Shown here piece by piece: positions 48,319-57,779 of a stretch of 64,000 bases of DNA. The stretch is from Candidatus Thorarchaeota archaeon. Lineage in GTDB: Archaea > Asgardarchaeota > Thorarchaeia > Thorarchaeales > Thorarchaeaceae. Within the stretch, counting starts at the first letter, position 1, and each line of letters starts with the position of its first letter. The notes beneath the pieces were generated by a model. That model did not search any database and had not been told where the DNA came from. It saw only the letters and a program-made list of their open reading frames with translations. The translations under genes were made by a program, and so were the position numbers. The stretch lies in contig JAWOEX010000021.1 in the NCBI GenBank assembly GCA_046482545.1, forward strand, positions 128,001 to 192,000. Direction: 5' to 3'.

Positions 48319-49545
48319 ATGCCAAATGATGCAAGTACCATAGATGAAGGCCTCAAGCAGTTACTTGAGACCGCGGTGGATCTAGATTCCAAGGGTATGC
48401 TCAAGGAAGCAAGTGAATACTACCTGAGCGGCAGCAAGGTCCTCCTCAAACTTGCAAAAGGATCTTCTCTTCCTAGCATTCGTAAACATTACTATGAACG
48501 GGCTCAGGAATGTGTACAAAGGGTTCGAGAAATCTCAGGTATCAATGAGAATTCTAGAAACCAAGATGCAAGAAGCATATCTCATCCCCCAAGAAATACC
48601 AAGGGTGAAGACATAACAAAACCATCGCGTAGATCTGCAGAAGAGGGTGACGAAGAAACGGGAAAGCTACGGGAGATGATAAGGAGAACAATTACAACCA
48701 GAAAGCCCAATGTGGCAATGTCAGATGTTGCAGGGCTTGATGATGTGAAGAATACCATTCATGATGCTGTAGTCACACCAATAAAGCATCCCGAGCTGTT
48801 TAAGGGAAGAGCAAGACAACCATGGAAGGGAATCCTGCTCTATGGGCCTGCAGGATGTGGGAAAACTCTAATAGCTAAAGCAGTGGCAACAGAAGCTGAG
48901 GCCACATTCTTCAACGTATCTGCCGGGAACATGGTAAGCAAGTGGTTGGGCGAATCAGAACGCCTCGTGATGACTCTCTTTGAAATGGCAAGAGAAACTC
49001 AACCGTCGGTCATCTTCCTCGATGAGCTCGATTCCATAGGTGTGTCTCGGAGTGCAAGTGACTTGGGCGGCGAAAGAAGACTCAAGACGCAATTGCTCAC
49101 CGAATTGCAGGGTCTTTCCAACGACATCAATGAAAGAGTGACGCTGATAGGAGCCACAAATCTTCCGTGGGAGATTGATTTTGCCCTTCTATCAAGATTT
49201 GAGAAAAGAATTCATGTTCCGCTTCCTGATAAATCCACAAGAGAACGGATATTCGAAATCCACATGGAAGATATCGATATCACACCTGATGTCAACTATT
49301 CAGAACTAGCAGAATTAGCGAAAGGTTTCAGCGGACGAGATATTAGCGTGGCATGCAGAGAAGCCGCGATGGAACCAATTAGAGAATTGAAGGAACAAGG
49401 CAAGCTCAAAAAGGAGGAGACCATAACTGAAGTTCGTTCTGTAAACAGACGGGACTTCATTGAAGCCCTTCAAACAATAAAGCCCACCTCAAAACAAGAA
49501 CAGATCGAAAAATACTCTTCATGGGCGGAGGACTATAGCCGTTGA
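48319..49545 (+). CDS. vps4: Vps4 AAA+ ATPase with MIT domain
   Basis: MIT (AVDLD..A..YY), GPAGCGKT, VSKWLGESE, FLDE, GATNLPW, GFSGRDI. Confidence 0.92.
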   Translation: MPNDASTIDEGLKQLLETAVDLDSKGMLKEASEYYLSGSKVLLKLAKGSSLPSIRKHYYERAQECVQRVREISGINENSRNQDARSISHPPRNTKGEDITKPSRRSAEEGDEETGKLREMIRRTITTRKPNVAMSDVAGLDDVKNTIHDAVVTPIKHPELFKGRARQPWKGILLYGPAGCGKTLIAKAVATEAEATFFNVSAGNMVSKWLGESERLVMTLFEMARETQPSVIFLDELDSIGVSRSASDLGGERRLKTQLLTELQGLSNDINERVTLIGATNLPWEIDFALLSRFEKRIHVPLPDKSTRERIFEIHMEDIDITPDVNYSELAELAKGFSGRDISVACREAAMEPIRELKEQGKLKKEETITEVRSVNRRDFIEALQTIKPTSKQEQIEKYSSWAEDYSR

Positions 49546-50240
49546 CTGTCAGAGAGAAGGCAAGGAAGAAAGAAGAAAAGGAAATTGAGGATAATACAAC
49601 CGTAGAAAAGGAACATGAAACTGCCACCTCATCACCGCTTTCAGATAATGAAACACAGATAAAACAAGTAGGAGCCCAAGAGTCTATAGATCGTGAGAAA
49701 GCTGAAACCAAAGTTGGTCAAAAGAGTCAGTCTTTGGAAACATTGATACCCGATTGGGGAACTTCCGAAAAAGCTGCCTGGATGTATTTACTACCTACAA
49801 CAGAAGAGGGGGTTAAAAGGTGGGCAAAGGACTGGACCGATTTCCTGATAGAGTGGGCAGACTATAACAATCGATATGTTTTCTCATTTTCAACGTTTAT
49901 CAGAGAGCCTCCCTTCTGTGAAATGCGCAACAAAAGGAAAGCTTTCTCCGAGATAGCTGAATCATTAATTCAACAAGGATTGGCTGAGTGGAGAGATGAT
50001 AGAAAGAGAAACCTTCAGCTGATGTGGAAGTCAAAGAAAGAGGTAGCAGATGATTTGTATGCGTGGGCTCTGAAGACGGGAACCATGCATCTTGACCTCA
50101 GGAGCATGGTGATAGAAGATAGCTTCGACTTTGGTGGATTGCCGCAAGAAGATATCAAAGAGATTTTTGATATAATTGTCCTGAGCGGAAGAGCTGAATG
50201 GGTAGATAAAGAGCGTGCCATGATTAAATTGAATACCTAA
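49542..50240 (+). CDS. vps25: ESCRT-II Vps25-like protein
   Basis: W..DWTDFLIEW, GLAEW, WKSKKEVADDLYAWA, GRAEWVD tandem winged helices; TTGA overlap with vps4. Confidence 0.8.
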   Translation: MTVREKARKKEEKEIEDNTTVEKEHETATSSPLSDNETQIKQVGAQESIDREKAETKVGQKSQSLETLIPDWGTSEKAAWMYLLPTTEEGVKRWAKDWTDFLIEWADYNNRYVFSFSTFIREPPFCEMRNKRKAFSEIAESLIQQGLAEWRDDRKRNLQLMWKSKKEVADDLYAWALKTGTMHLDLRSMVIEDSFDFGGLPQEDIKEIFDIIVLSGRAEWVDKERAMIKLNT

Positions 50241-51028
50241 CTTGCTTCCTGTGCGCTATCGGATTTTTGGTCGGAGCGTAACCCTGGGAAGTAGTATTTT
50301 CCACCACTGCTGAATCTAATATCTGCCACGGCAATTCCGGCCTCGACTAGACTGCTGAGAACTTGGCGTGCATGGTCTTCTGACCATCGAAGATTCATCA
50401 TGACTTGTTCAATGGTCACATGGCCATTTGCTGCAGCTAGATTAATCACCTCAGCTTGGTCTCCCCGCAGTTCTAGTGGGCGTAGTTCCACCACTTTGAC
50501 TCCACCTCCAAGCGTTCGAATTCCTGGAAGAAGACCATGTTCTGCAACACGGTTTACAGCTTCGATAACGTCGTTGTAGCTTACTGAATTCAGCTCTGGA
50601 ATCCTACGAACAACACGTACAATCAGTTCTGCAAGACCCATTAGACCCTTCGATGCATTTGCGGTAGCTACATCAAGAATAGCCAGGCCAATTTGATCAT
50701 AGTATTCCTCCTCGGTCATACCTCGAGGGGGGCCATTCGAACCGTCCGCGAAGAATTGTAAAAGTTCAGCAGCATCAGGAAATCTGTCTAAGATACGCTC
50801 TTCATATATGAAATCCTGTAAATCTTGGCCTCGACGGCGCATACGATCAATATTGGACTTAACATCAAGCATCAGAGCTTCTGATTCGCGTCGATAGGAT
50901 TTCACCCCAACTACTCCCATGTCATACATCTTCTTTAGCTGGTCCAAGGTAGCTATTGAAGCGTATAATTCTGATTCTACATGGAAATCCATCGGCAAGC
51001 CATCACTATCCGGAGTGTCTAGATGCAT
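50237..51028 (-). CDS. Vps28 N-domain - Vps22/EAP30 fusion (ESCRT-I/II)
   Basis: SELYASIATLDQLKKMY...SY (Vps28N-like); YYDQIGLAI...PLELRGDQAEVINLA..GHVT...LRWS...LVEAGIAVAD...YYFP (EAP30). Confidence 0.82.
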   Translation of the reverse strand: MHLDTPDSDGLPMDFHVESELYASIATLDQLKKMYDMGVVGVKSYRRESEALMLDVKSNIDRMRRRGQDLQDFIYEERILDRFPDAAELLQFFADGSNGPPRGMTEEEYYDQIGLAILDVATANASKGLMGLAELIVRVVRRIPELNSVSYNDVIEAVNRVAEHGLLPGIRTLGGGVKVVELRPLELRGDQAEVINLAAANGHVTIEQVMMNLRWSEDHARQVLSSLVEAGIAVADIRFSSGGKYYFPGLRSDQKSDSAQEAS

Positions 51029-51085
51029 CGAACGAATACAGAGATAGAGACCCGCTCTTTAAGAGAGAGTATTACGAGAATTATT

Positions 51086-52456
51086 CTATGGGGTGAGGCG
51101 GTCACGATCTCTGGGTAGCAGAGAGGCTTCTCGAATATTATTTAAATTCAAGAGCTGCATGGTAAGCCGTTCCACTCCGAGTCCCAAACCACCATGCGGC
51201 GGAGCACCATACTTGAAAGGTTCCAAGTAGAACATGAAGTCCTCAGGATTAAATCCCTTTTCTTCGAATTTCTCTACCAATAAATCATAGATATGGATTC
51301 TCTGACCACCTGTCGTGATTTCCATTCCTTTGTACGTGAGGTCGAAGCTTTCGGTTAATCCGGGCTGACTCATGCTAGGCATGGTGTATGCAGGTCGTAG
51401 CTCGGAGGGGTAATGAGTTATGAAAACAAAAGGTGAACCAAATCGCTTGGGGAAAGCTTCCCTCAATATCCCCTCGCTTTCTGGATCCAAATCTTCCCCC
51501 ATGGAAATATCCTTTCCTTCCTCATTGAGGATATCCACGACTTTCTCATACTTTACCCGTGGAAATGGTATGCTAGGAACTTTGAAGTCTATTTGAAATG
51601 CTTCTCTGTTCTCTAGAAATCGCTCACGAGTCTTCGCAAAGGCATAATGAAGCATCCTTTCCTCCAACTCCATGACTTCATCCATATCTCGTATCCACGC
51701 TATCTCAATATCAAAAGATGTGTATTCATTGATATGTCGAATCGTGTTGTGTTTCTCAGCCCTGAATACAGGTCCAATCTCGAAAACCTTTCCAAAGCCG
51801 GCGAGCAGCATGAGTTGCTTGTAGAACTGTGGACTCTGAGCGAGGAATGCAGAACGATCGAAATACTTCACTTCGAAAAGGCTTGCGCCACCTTCGGTTG
51901 CTGAGGCGACTATTTTTGGGGTATGTATTTCCATGAAACCGCTTTTCTCCAGATATTCGCGGCAAAATCTAACAATATCATGCTGTAACCGAAATATCGA
52001 GTTAAGGCGAGGTTTTCTCAAATCAAGTATGCGATGATTAAGACGGGTATCCAAGTCGATGTCTACTTTCCCTTCGACTACATCAATTGGAATCCTTTCG
52101 GACTTGTTGATGATTCGTATTTCATCGGGAATGATTTCTACACCAGTATCAACCTGAGGTGCTTCCACAACTTCCCCCTTGACAGCAATCACATACTCTG
52201 GTTTCAAATCCTCAGATAGCTGGAATACGTCAGCTGGAACTCTCTTCTTCGGCAATGTTACTTGAACGGTGCCTTTCTCATCCCTCAATACCAGAAACTT
52301 GATGCTACCCTTGTCTCGTAGAATGTGCACCCATCCAAAGAGGGTTACTTCCTCTCCTTCGGTTCCAGATTGTATCTCTCTAGAGAAATGGGTCCGTTCC
52401 CAGTCACCAATGCTATCCAAACCATACTTATTGCACAAGTCATCAAGTCCGCTCAA
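51086..52456 (-). CDS. aspS: Aspartyl-tRNA synthetase (archaeal type)
   Basis: GWVH..RDKG, LAQSPQFYKQ, FRAE, GAPPHGGLGLGVER; TTG 52456 likely start. Confidence 0.95.
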   Translation of the reverse strand: MSGLDDLCNKYGLDSIGDWERTHFSREIQSGTEGEEVTLFGWVHILRDKGSIKFLVLRDEKGTVQVTLPKKRVPADVFQLSEDLKPEYVIAVKGEVVEAPQVDTGVEIIPDEIRIINKSERIPIDVVEGKVDIDLDTRLNHRILDLRKPRLNSIFRLQHDIVRFCREYLEKSGFMEIHTPKIVASATEGGASLFEVKYFDRSAFLAQSPQFYKQLMLLAGFGKVFEIGPVFRAEKHNTIRHINEYTSFDIEIAWIRDMDEVMELEERMLHYAFAKTRERFLENREAFQIDFKVPSIPFPRVKYEKVVDILNEEGKDISMGEDLDPESEGILREAFPKRFGSPFVFITHYPSELRPAYTMPSMSQPGLTESFDLTYKGMEITTGGQRIHIYDLLVEKFEEKGFNPEDFMFYLEPFKYGAPPHGGLGLGVERLTMQLLNLNNIREASLLPRDRDRLTP

Positions 52457-52526
52457 ACTGTACACCAGCCTTTTGTCAGCAAGAAATGTCGGGTGCAGTT
52501 GTGTTATGAGGGTTTTGTTCTTCCAT

Positions 52527-52835
52527 CTACATCGGGGCTGCAAGGAGCTCGTAGACGACTTTCCTTCCGTCATTTGCGTGCTCCTCGTCTGTCACAAGGC
52601 CTAAATCTTTAAGCCTGCTCAGGCCATAGTTGACAGTTCGAGGGGGTAGAAAGCTCTCCTCGATAATAGCCTGACGTGACATGCGCCGTTTGTTCTTTAG
52701 CAGCACATAGAGAAGTTTAGCGGAAGGAGGTAAGTCTAAGAATGAGCGCCTGGCAAACGCGATCCCACCTGATTGCTGTTGCCATGTCACTTTACCTCCA
52801 ATTTCTTTTGACGAAGTTTGATGAACGATGCTCAT
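52527..52835 (-). CDS. MarR-like HTH protein
   Basis: LPPSAKLLYVLL...LPPRTVNYGLSRL...DGRKVVY. Confidence 0.8.
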   Translation of the reverse strand: MSIVHQTSSKEIGGKVTWQQQSGGIAFARRSFLDLPPSAKLLYVLLKNKRRMSRQAIIEESFLPPRTVNYGLSRLKDLGLVTDEEHANDGRKVVYELLAAPM

Positions 52836-52950
52836 AAGGGTTACCATCACAACAAGAGAAGCAAGAAATCCGCCCCAAGCCGAGTTGATTAGAGATTTCT
52901 TTTGGCGTCGGAAGTCGAAGATAGACCATACATCGATCAAGGTGCTTCTT

Positions 52951-54297
52951 TCAATTCCTCTTCAACACCACGAGGCTTTCTCTTGAGCTCCTGTTATCTT
53001 TCATGTTCGTAGCAGGATTTACACCATATGAAAACATCCGCCTAGAGACTATGGTGTCAACAAGGGTCCCTTTATGCACCCAGCCGAGCTCCGTGAAGTG
53101 CTCAGTTAATATTTCATCAATTGGAACTGGTCGGCCTCGCATACTGGGCCGACCCACAAAGAAGAAGAGAAATGAATTGATGTCCTCGGACAGCCTTTGA
53201 AGAGCCATGGTCACTCCACGGAAATAGTTATCGTATACATCTTGAATATGGTCCTCTTGTACGCCCCTCCTCATACGTTTGTAGGTTTCAGAGTAGATGT
53301 CAGTTTCTGAAATGTCTCGGTAGGGAATCTCCTTTCTACTCAGGGTTCTCACATCTTCGTCTGAATAACCCAACCAGAATAGATCCATTTTGGCCTGCCG
53401 CATATATTCCTGAGATTGCATATAGGGTGGCGAGGTAACAAGAATATCTTTGCTCTGACCAAGATCGTAATTCAAGGAATCAATTCCAGCATGAATAATT
53501 GAATCCACTTCCCGAGGATTGAAGGTATGATATTCCTCTTGCCGCTCAAGCAAATCGGTTGTCTCTTTCTTGAGCATTGAATAGAAAAGTGCCTTCCAGT
53601 TCTTTTTCAAAATGTTTTCAACTCGCTCTTCCGACTTCGGGGACTTAGACAGCTTCATTCGGCCCATATCATCATAAGAAAAATATCTACTCACTTTCAG
53701 CAGGGGAACAGCAAGTAATTCTTTCTTGTTAGTATCGTTGATCTCATGATAGGAACCCCATACATGTTTCAGGAATTCCTTGAAAGGTTCTGCAAACCAG
53801 TAATCAAAGTTAGCCCATTCCGGATGATAGCAGGTCTCATGAACGGACAGACGATTAATCAAGTCATCAACATTATAGGATTGTGGCGGTGCAATGGCGA
53901 CTCTGTGTAGTAAATCTAGGATTGGATTCAAATCCCACAGCTCATATTCAAGACCATACAGACGCGACACGAGTCCCGTGGTCCCACATCCCGCAAATGG
54001 GTCAAAGACAGTCATATCGTCTTCTGCGTACCTTTCCAAAACGTACACAGGAACTTGCGGAATGAATTTTGCGGGGTACTTGTAAATGCCAAAAGTGGCA
54101 TAGCTAGTTGAAGGAAAATCGACCATCTCTCTGAGGGATACTTCTAGTACTTCTCCAGTTTCTGTATCGTCTTCGAGAAACTCCGTCACAAATCGCGGTC
54201 CAGCAGCTGTCGTAGAGTTATCGGCCCCGCTATCATTGTCCTTCGAATGCTCTATAGCTGGACGCTCTTCCATCTCGTCTGGCATCTCTTTTTTCAA
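52951..54297 (-). CDS. DNA methyltransferase (N4-cytosine type), orphan
   Basis: YPAKFIP, FDPFAGCGTT (motif I), TSPPY (motif IV). Confidence 0.85.
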   Translation of the reverse strand: MKKEMPDEMEERPAIEHSKDNDSGADNSTTAAGPRFVTEFLEDDTETGEVLEVSLREMVDFPSTSYATFGIYKYPAKFIPQVPVYVLERYAEDDMTVFDPFAGCGTTGLVSRLYGLEYELWDLNPILDLLHRVAIAPPQSYNVDDLINRLSVHETCYHPEWANFDYWFAEPFKEFLKHVWGSYHEINDTNKKELLAVPLLKVSRYFSYDDMGRMKLSKSPKSEERVENILKKNWKALFYSMLKKETTDLLERQEEYHTFNPREVDSIIHAGIDSLNYDLGQSKDILVTSPPYMQSQEYMRQAKMDLFWLGYSDEDVRTLSRKEIPYRDISETDIYSETYKRMRRGVQEDHIQDVYDNYFRGVTMALQRLSEDINSFLFFFVGRPSMRGRPVPIDEILTEHFTELGWVHKGTLVDTIVSRRMFSYGVNPATNMKDNRSSRESLVVLKRN

Positions 54298-54528
54298 GAA
54301 AGGACCTCATTTTCGTATAGAGGCTTATTGACTTTTGAGCTTGTACCCAATCGAATCTCTTGGCCAATGTACTTGCTTTCGCTATTCATGATCTGTAATT
54401 TCCTCTTGTTGGAATTACTCATCCATCTCCGAATCAGTTGGGATTAAAAAATGCATTGAGATGAGGAGGGCACCAAAAGTGATGGGGTGCACCTTCATCT
54501 TCATACAACTAGTATGTAATCATTGGGA

Positions 54529-55956
54529 TTATGCCGATTCTGTTAATGCCTTGTCCAAGCGGCTCACAGCATCATCGATTTCATCTTTTGTAATCACATA
54601 GCTTGGAGTCAAGCGGATACAATTCAGGCCGGAGCCAAAAATCCAGAGCTTCTGCTTCTGGACTGCATTTCGTATCATACGGTCCCTCAGCTTCGGCGCT
54701 CGCTCTTTGGTTCTTCTGTCGTTTACCAGCTCAATGCCGACCATCAGACCTGCTCCACGGACATCACCAATTGCCTCATGCTTCTCCTTTAGTTCCTCAA
54801 GCTGCTTTATGAGATACTTGCCTTTCTCGGCGTTCTTCTCCAAGTAGTTGTTCTCTTTCAAGTGCTGGAATAGCCAAAGCGATAGCAAAGCCATTTTGGG
54901 TTCGGCGGAGAATGTCTCCGAATGTCTCGCTCGATCAGAAAACATTGGGGACGGTCCTATGGATGCGCCCATCGGATAGCCAGCACCAAGCGCCTTTGCC
55001 ATTGCAACATATTCAGGTACAACATCGTGCAGCTCTATCGCACACCACTTACCTGTTCTTCCCATCCCTGCCTGAATCTCATCGGAAACGAAGTACCCAC
55101 CATTTTCCTTTGTTACTTCATATATTCCTTTCACGGCTTTGGCCGGTGGAAAAATTAGACCACCTTCACCACACAGTGGTTCCATAACGGTGGCCGCTAT
55201 ATCGTTTCCTTCTACCTGCAAGGCGTACCTGAGTGCTTCAACACACTCAACATTACAATCGTTCACATTCTGGCCATATGGACACCTGTAACAGTAAGGA
55301 TAAGACACACGAATGACATCGACCCCCTGTGGAAAACCAGACTTATGGGTTGAATTGCTGGAAGTTAAAGCCATGGCATAACCAGTACGGCCATGAAATG
55401 CGGGTCTGAACCCTACAAAGCGAGTGTTACCGCTCAAGTCCATAGCAGACTTCATGCAACCCTCGACTGCGCGGGCACCTGATGTCGTAAACACAACACG
55501 CTTCTTATGGTCTCCAGGTACGGTTCCGGCAATCGTTTCAGCAAGTAGCGTTTGTGGGATTGCATCAAAATCCATACCCGGGAGCTCATGAATTACATCA
55601 TTAATTCGACGCTCAAAATCTAGAAAAGGCTGGAATCGTAATCCAAGTGCTCTAACTGCAATGCCACCAGTTACATCCAAATACTCTGTGCCCTCAAGAT
55701 CGTATATGTTCAATCCTCGACCGCGGCTATAATCTAAGCACCCATACACATCTCTCTGCTGGGTAGTCAGGGCAAGTATTTTAGACGCTCTCTTTGTCCA
55801 AAATTCGTTGGTCATCTTGCTTTTGTCCAACTCTTCAAACCCAAGGTCCTTCAAAACCTGAATATCCTCTTCTTCCATCGGTACAGCCGTCTCCAAGTCT
55901 GTTACTTCGTCACATAATGCGGGACATATACATTTATCGATGGCAGCCCAGCCCAT
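54529..55956 (-). CDS. Class III aminotransferase (4-aminobutyrate/ornithine type)
   Basis: SGARAVE, FHGRT, EP..GEGG, DEIQAGMGRTG, AKALGAG; start may lie downstream. Confidence 0.92.
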   Translation of the reverse strand: MGWAAIDKCICPALCDEVTDLETAVPMEEEDIQVLKDLGFEELDKSKMTNEFWTKRASKILALTTQQRDVYGCLDYSRGRGLNIYDLEGTEYLDVTGGIAVRALGLRFQPFLDFERRINDVIHELPGMDFDAIPQTLLAETIAGTVPGDHKKRVVFTTSGARAVEGCMKSAMDLSGNTRFVGFRPAFHGRTGYAMALTSSNSTHKSGFPQGVDVIRVSYPYCYRCPYGQNVNDCNVECVEALRYALQVEGNDIAATVMEPLCGEGGLIFPPAKAVKGIYEVTKENGGYFVSDEIQAGMGRTGKWCAIELHDVVPEYVAMAKALGAGYPMGASIGPSPMFSDRARHSETFSAEPKMALLSLWLFQHLKENNYLEKNAEKGKYLIKQLEELKEKHEAIGDVRGAGLMVGIELVNDRRTKERAPKLRDRMIRNAVQKQKLWIFGSGLNCIRLTPSYVITKDEIDDAVSRLDKALTESA

Positions 55957-55996
55957 TGGAGCCTAACCCCATCTGAGGAGCCGATAGTTGTCTCAT

Positions 55997-56341
55997 CTAG
56001 AACAGGAGGAGGATTGAACCTATAATTACTAGAACTGCTGCAAGGTCCCCGCGGAAAACATACATGAGTATGCCGAGCACAAGCAAAATAACCCAGTTTT
56101 TCTTCAGACGCAGAGATTTCAGATTAACCCTCGGGTTTGTCGCGAGAACTATGAGCGATAAAACGATAAGCACAATTCCCGAAATGAGAAGGTCAAATCC
56201 CCCTATAATTGGGAAATCAATACTATACAATATCACCAATCTTGACCCGAGCAAAGCGAGAATACCAAACAGGAGTCCAACAATGCCTCCTAAGGTTAGA
56301 AGTATTTCTCCAACGTTCTGCGCATCCGATTTCCGTCCCAT
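55997..56341 (-). CDS. Small 4-TM membrane protein
   Basis: Hydrophobic; similar layout to upstream neighbour. Confidence 0.7.
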   Translation of the reverse strand: MGRKSDAQNVGEILLTLGGIVGLLFGILALLGSRLVILYSIDFPIIGGFDLLISGIVLIVLSLIVLATNPRVNLKSLRLKKNWVILLVLGILMYVFRGDLAAVLVIIGSILLLF

Positions 56342-56360
56342 TCTGGGTTCATCCTCTATT

Positions 56361-56723
56361 CTAAATCATCAATAGGATGCCTGCAAGAAGAATCATGAGA
56401 CCAGCAAGTGTGGCCGCGTTCAGTAACCACCCTAAGAAATTGAAACTGAGATTGCGTAGCACAATCACGATTGCTATGAAGCCGAATAGAGCTAAGAGTG
56501 CACCACTCTGTTCAATCTTCCAGTGGACAAAGCCACATGCATCAATTGATAGTGCCACCATTAGGAGAAGAGCTACAGCGAGTATAACATCAGTAATCGC
56601 TTCAATGTTACCTGCTAGAGCTCCATCAATACCACCAAGTAGCATCTGAATAGCGAATATGGACAATACTGCAGAACCCAATAGTGTGTAAGCCTGCGCG
56701 GCTCCACGTGCCTTCGTTCCCAA
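56361..56723 (-). CDS. Small 4-TM membrane protein
   Basis: Hydrophobic; TTG 56723 likely start. Confidence 0.6.
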   Translation of the reverse strand: MGTKARGAAQAYTLLGSAVLSIFAIQMLLGGIDGALAGNIEAITDVILAVALLLMVALSIDACGFVHWKIEQSGALLALFGFIAIVIVLRNLSFNFLGWLLNAATLAGLMILLAGILLMI

Positions 56724-56879
56724 GTCAAATCTCTCCAAGTTGTGAGATGATACTTTAGAACAAATAGCTTTCGTTAGTATTCTCGCAAGAAAAAAGATTG
56801 ATTTGTTGTGTTCTTCAAGTAATACACGGAGTTGTATTTTGAGGAATGAGCATATCATAGAGAGTAGACCAACTACGAG

Positions 56880-57764
56880 ATGGTCGTAATGAGATATCGC
56901 GAAAGATCTTCGAGGACCGGAAGGAAGGAGCCTCAACGTCCGGTAAGATTAGATGATACAGAGGGAACCGTTGTAATTGAAGGCAAATCTTATCCGGCGA
57001 AAGAAGTTGTTCAAGCCCTTACAAACTCGGGCTATACCCAGCTGAGAACAGCGGGAAATTCACTTATACTAGGCAAAGAACGAATCATGCCAATTTATAA
57101 ATCTCGTCAGGAGAGAGCGATGGCATCCCTCTGTCATGGAAGTCTCGCGTTTTGTTGTCCTCTCTCAAAGAGATGCCCTCAAAGAGATAGGGCACTTGAG
57201 GTTCTCGGTCTTACCCCAAATCAGTATAGAAAGCTGAAGAAAGATGCTCATAGCTCCTTCATGGAAACTGCTGCCGGCATCAAAGAGGTTTCTCGGGAAT
57301 ATGAACAGGGACGAGAACGTTCGGTCAATAGACCATCTATTGATAGAGGGTATGGTAGCGATGATTACAGGCGTGATTTTGATCAGCTAGACCGTGCGAT
57401 TAGTTCCTCCGAAAGTCATGAACAAAAGGAGTACTATCACTCAAAAGAACAAGATTCTGATTACAGAAAAAGAGAATACCGACAGGCAGAGCAGGATAAA
57501 TTTGGAATGCAGTCACCATACCGTGATGATGAGCACAACGAGTCTCGTCAACGTAATAGTTGTTCGTCTGATTCGATTCAGAGGATAAGGGATGAAAGTG
57601 AAGAGAGTCTCGATGGGATAGGCGCGCTCTTCCGACAGGATGAGTCTAGCCCCTTCAGAGAAGATGCACACGACGAGGCAACGAGCCCTGCTTTCTGTTT
57701 CTGTTGTGGACGTTCAGTTGAACCTTCAAGTCGTGTATGTCCTTATTGCGGGGCACGCCTGTAG
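56880..57764 (+). CDS. Methanogenesis marker-9-like Cys domain + disordered linker + zinc ribbon
   Basis: CHGSLAFCCPLSKRCPQRDRAL..LGLT..QYRKLKK; CFCCG..CPYCG. Confidence 0.65.
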   Translation: MVVMRYRERSSRTGRKEPQRPVRLDDTEGTVVIEGKSYPAKEVVQALTNSGYTQLRTAGNSLILGKERIMPIYKSRQERAMASLCHGSLAFCCPLSKRCPQRDRALEVLGLTPNQYRKLKKDAHSSFMETAAGIKEVSREYEQGRERSVNRPSIDRGYGSDDYRRDFDQLDRAISSSESHEQKEYYHSKEQDSDYRKREYRQAEQDKFGMQSPYRDDEHNESRQRNSCSSDSIQRIRDESEESLDGIGALFRQDESSPFREDAHDEATSPAFCFCCGRSVEPSSRVCPYCGARL

Positions 57765-57779
57765 GATTACTACAGGTTC

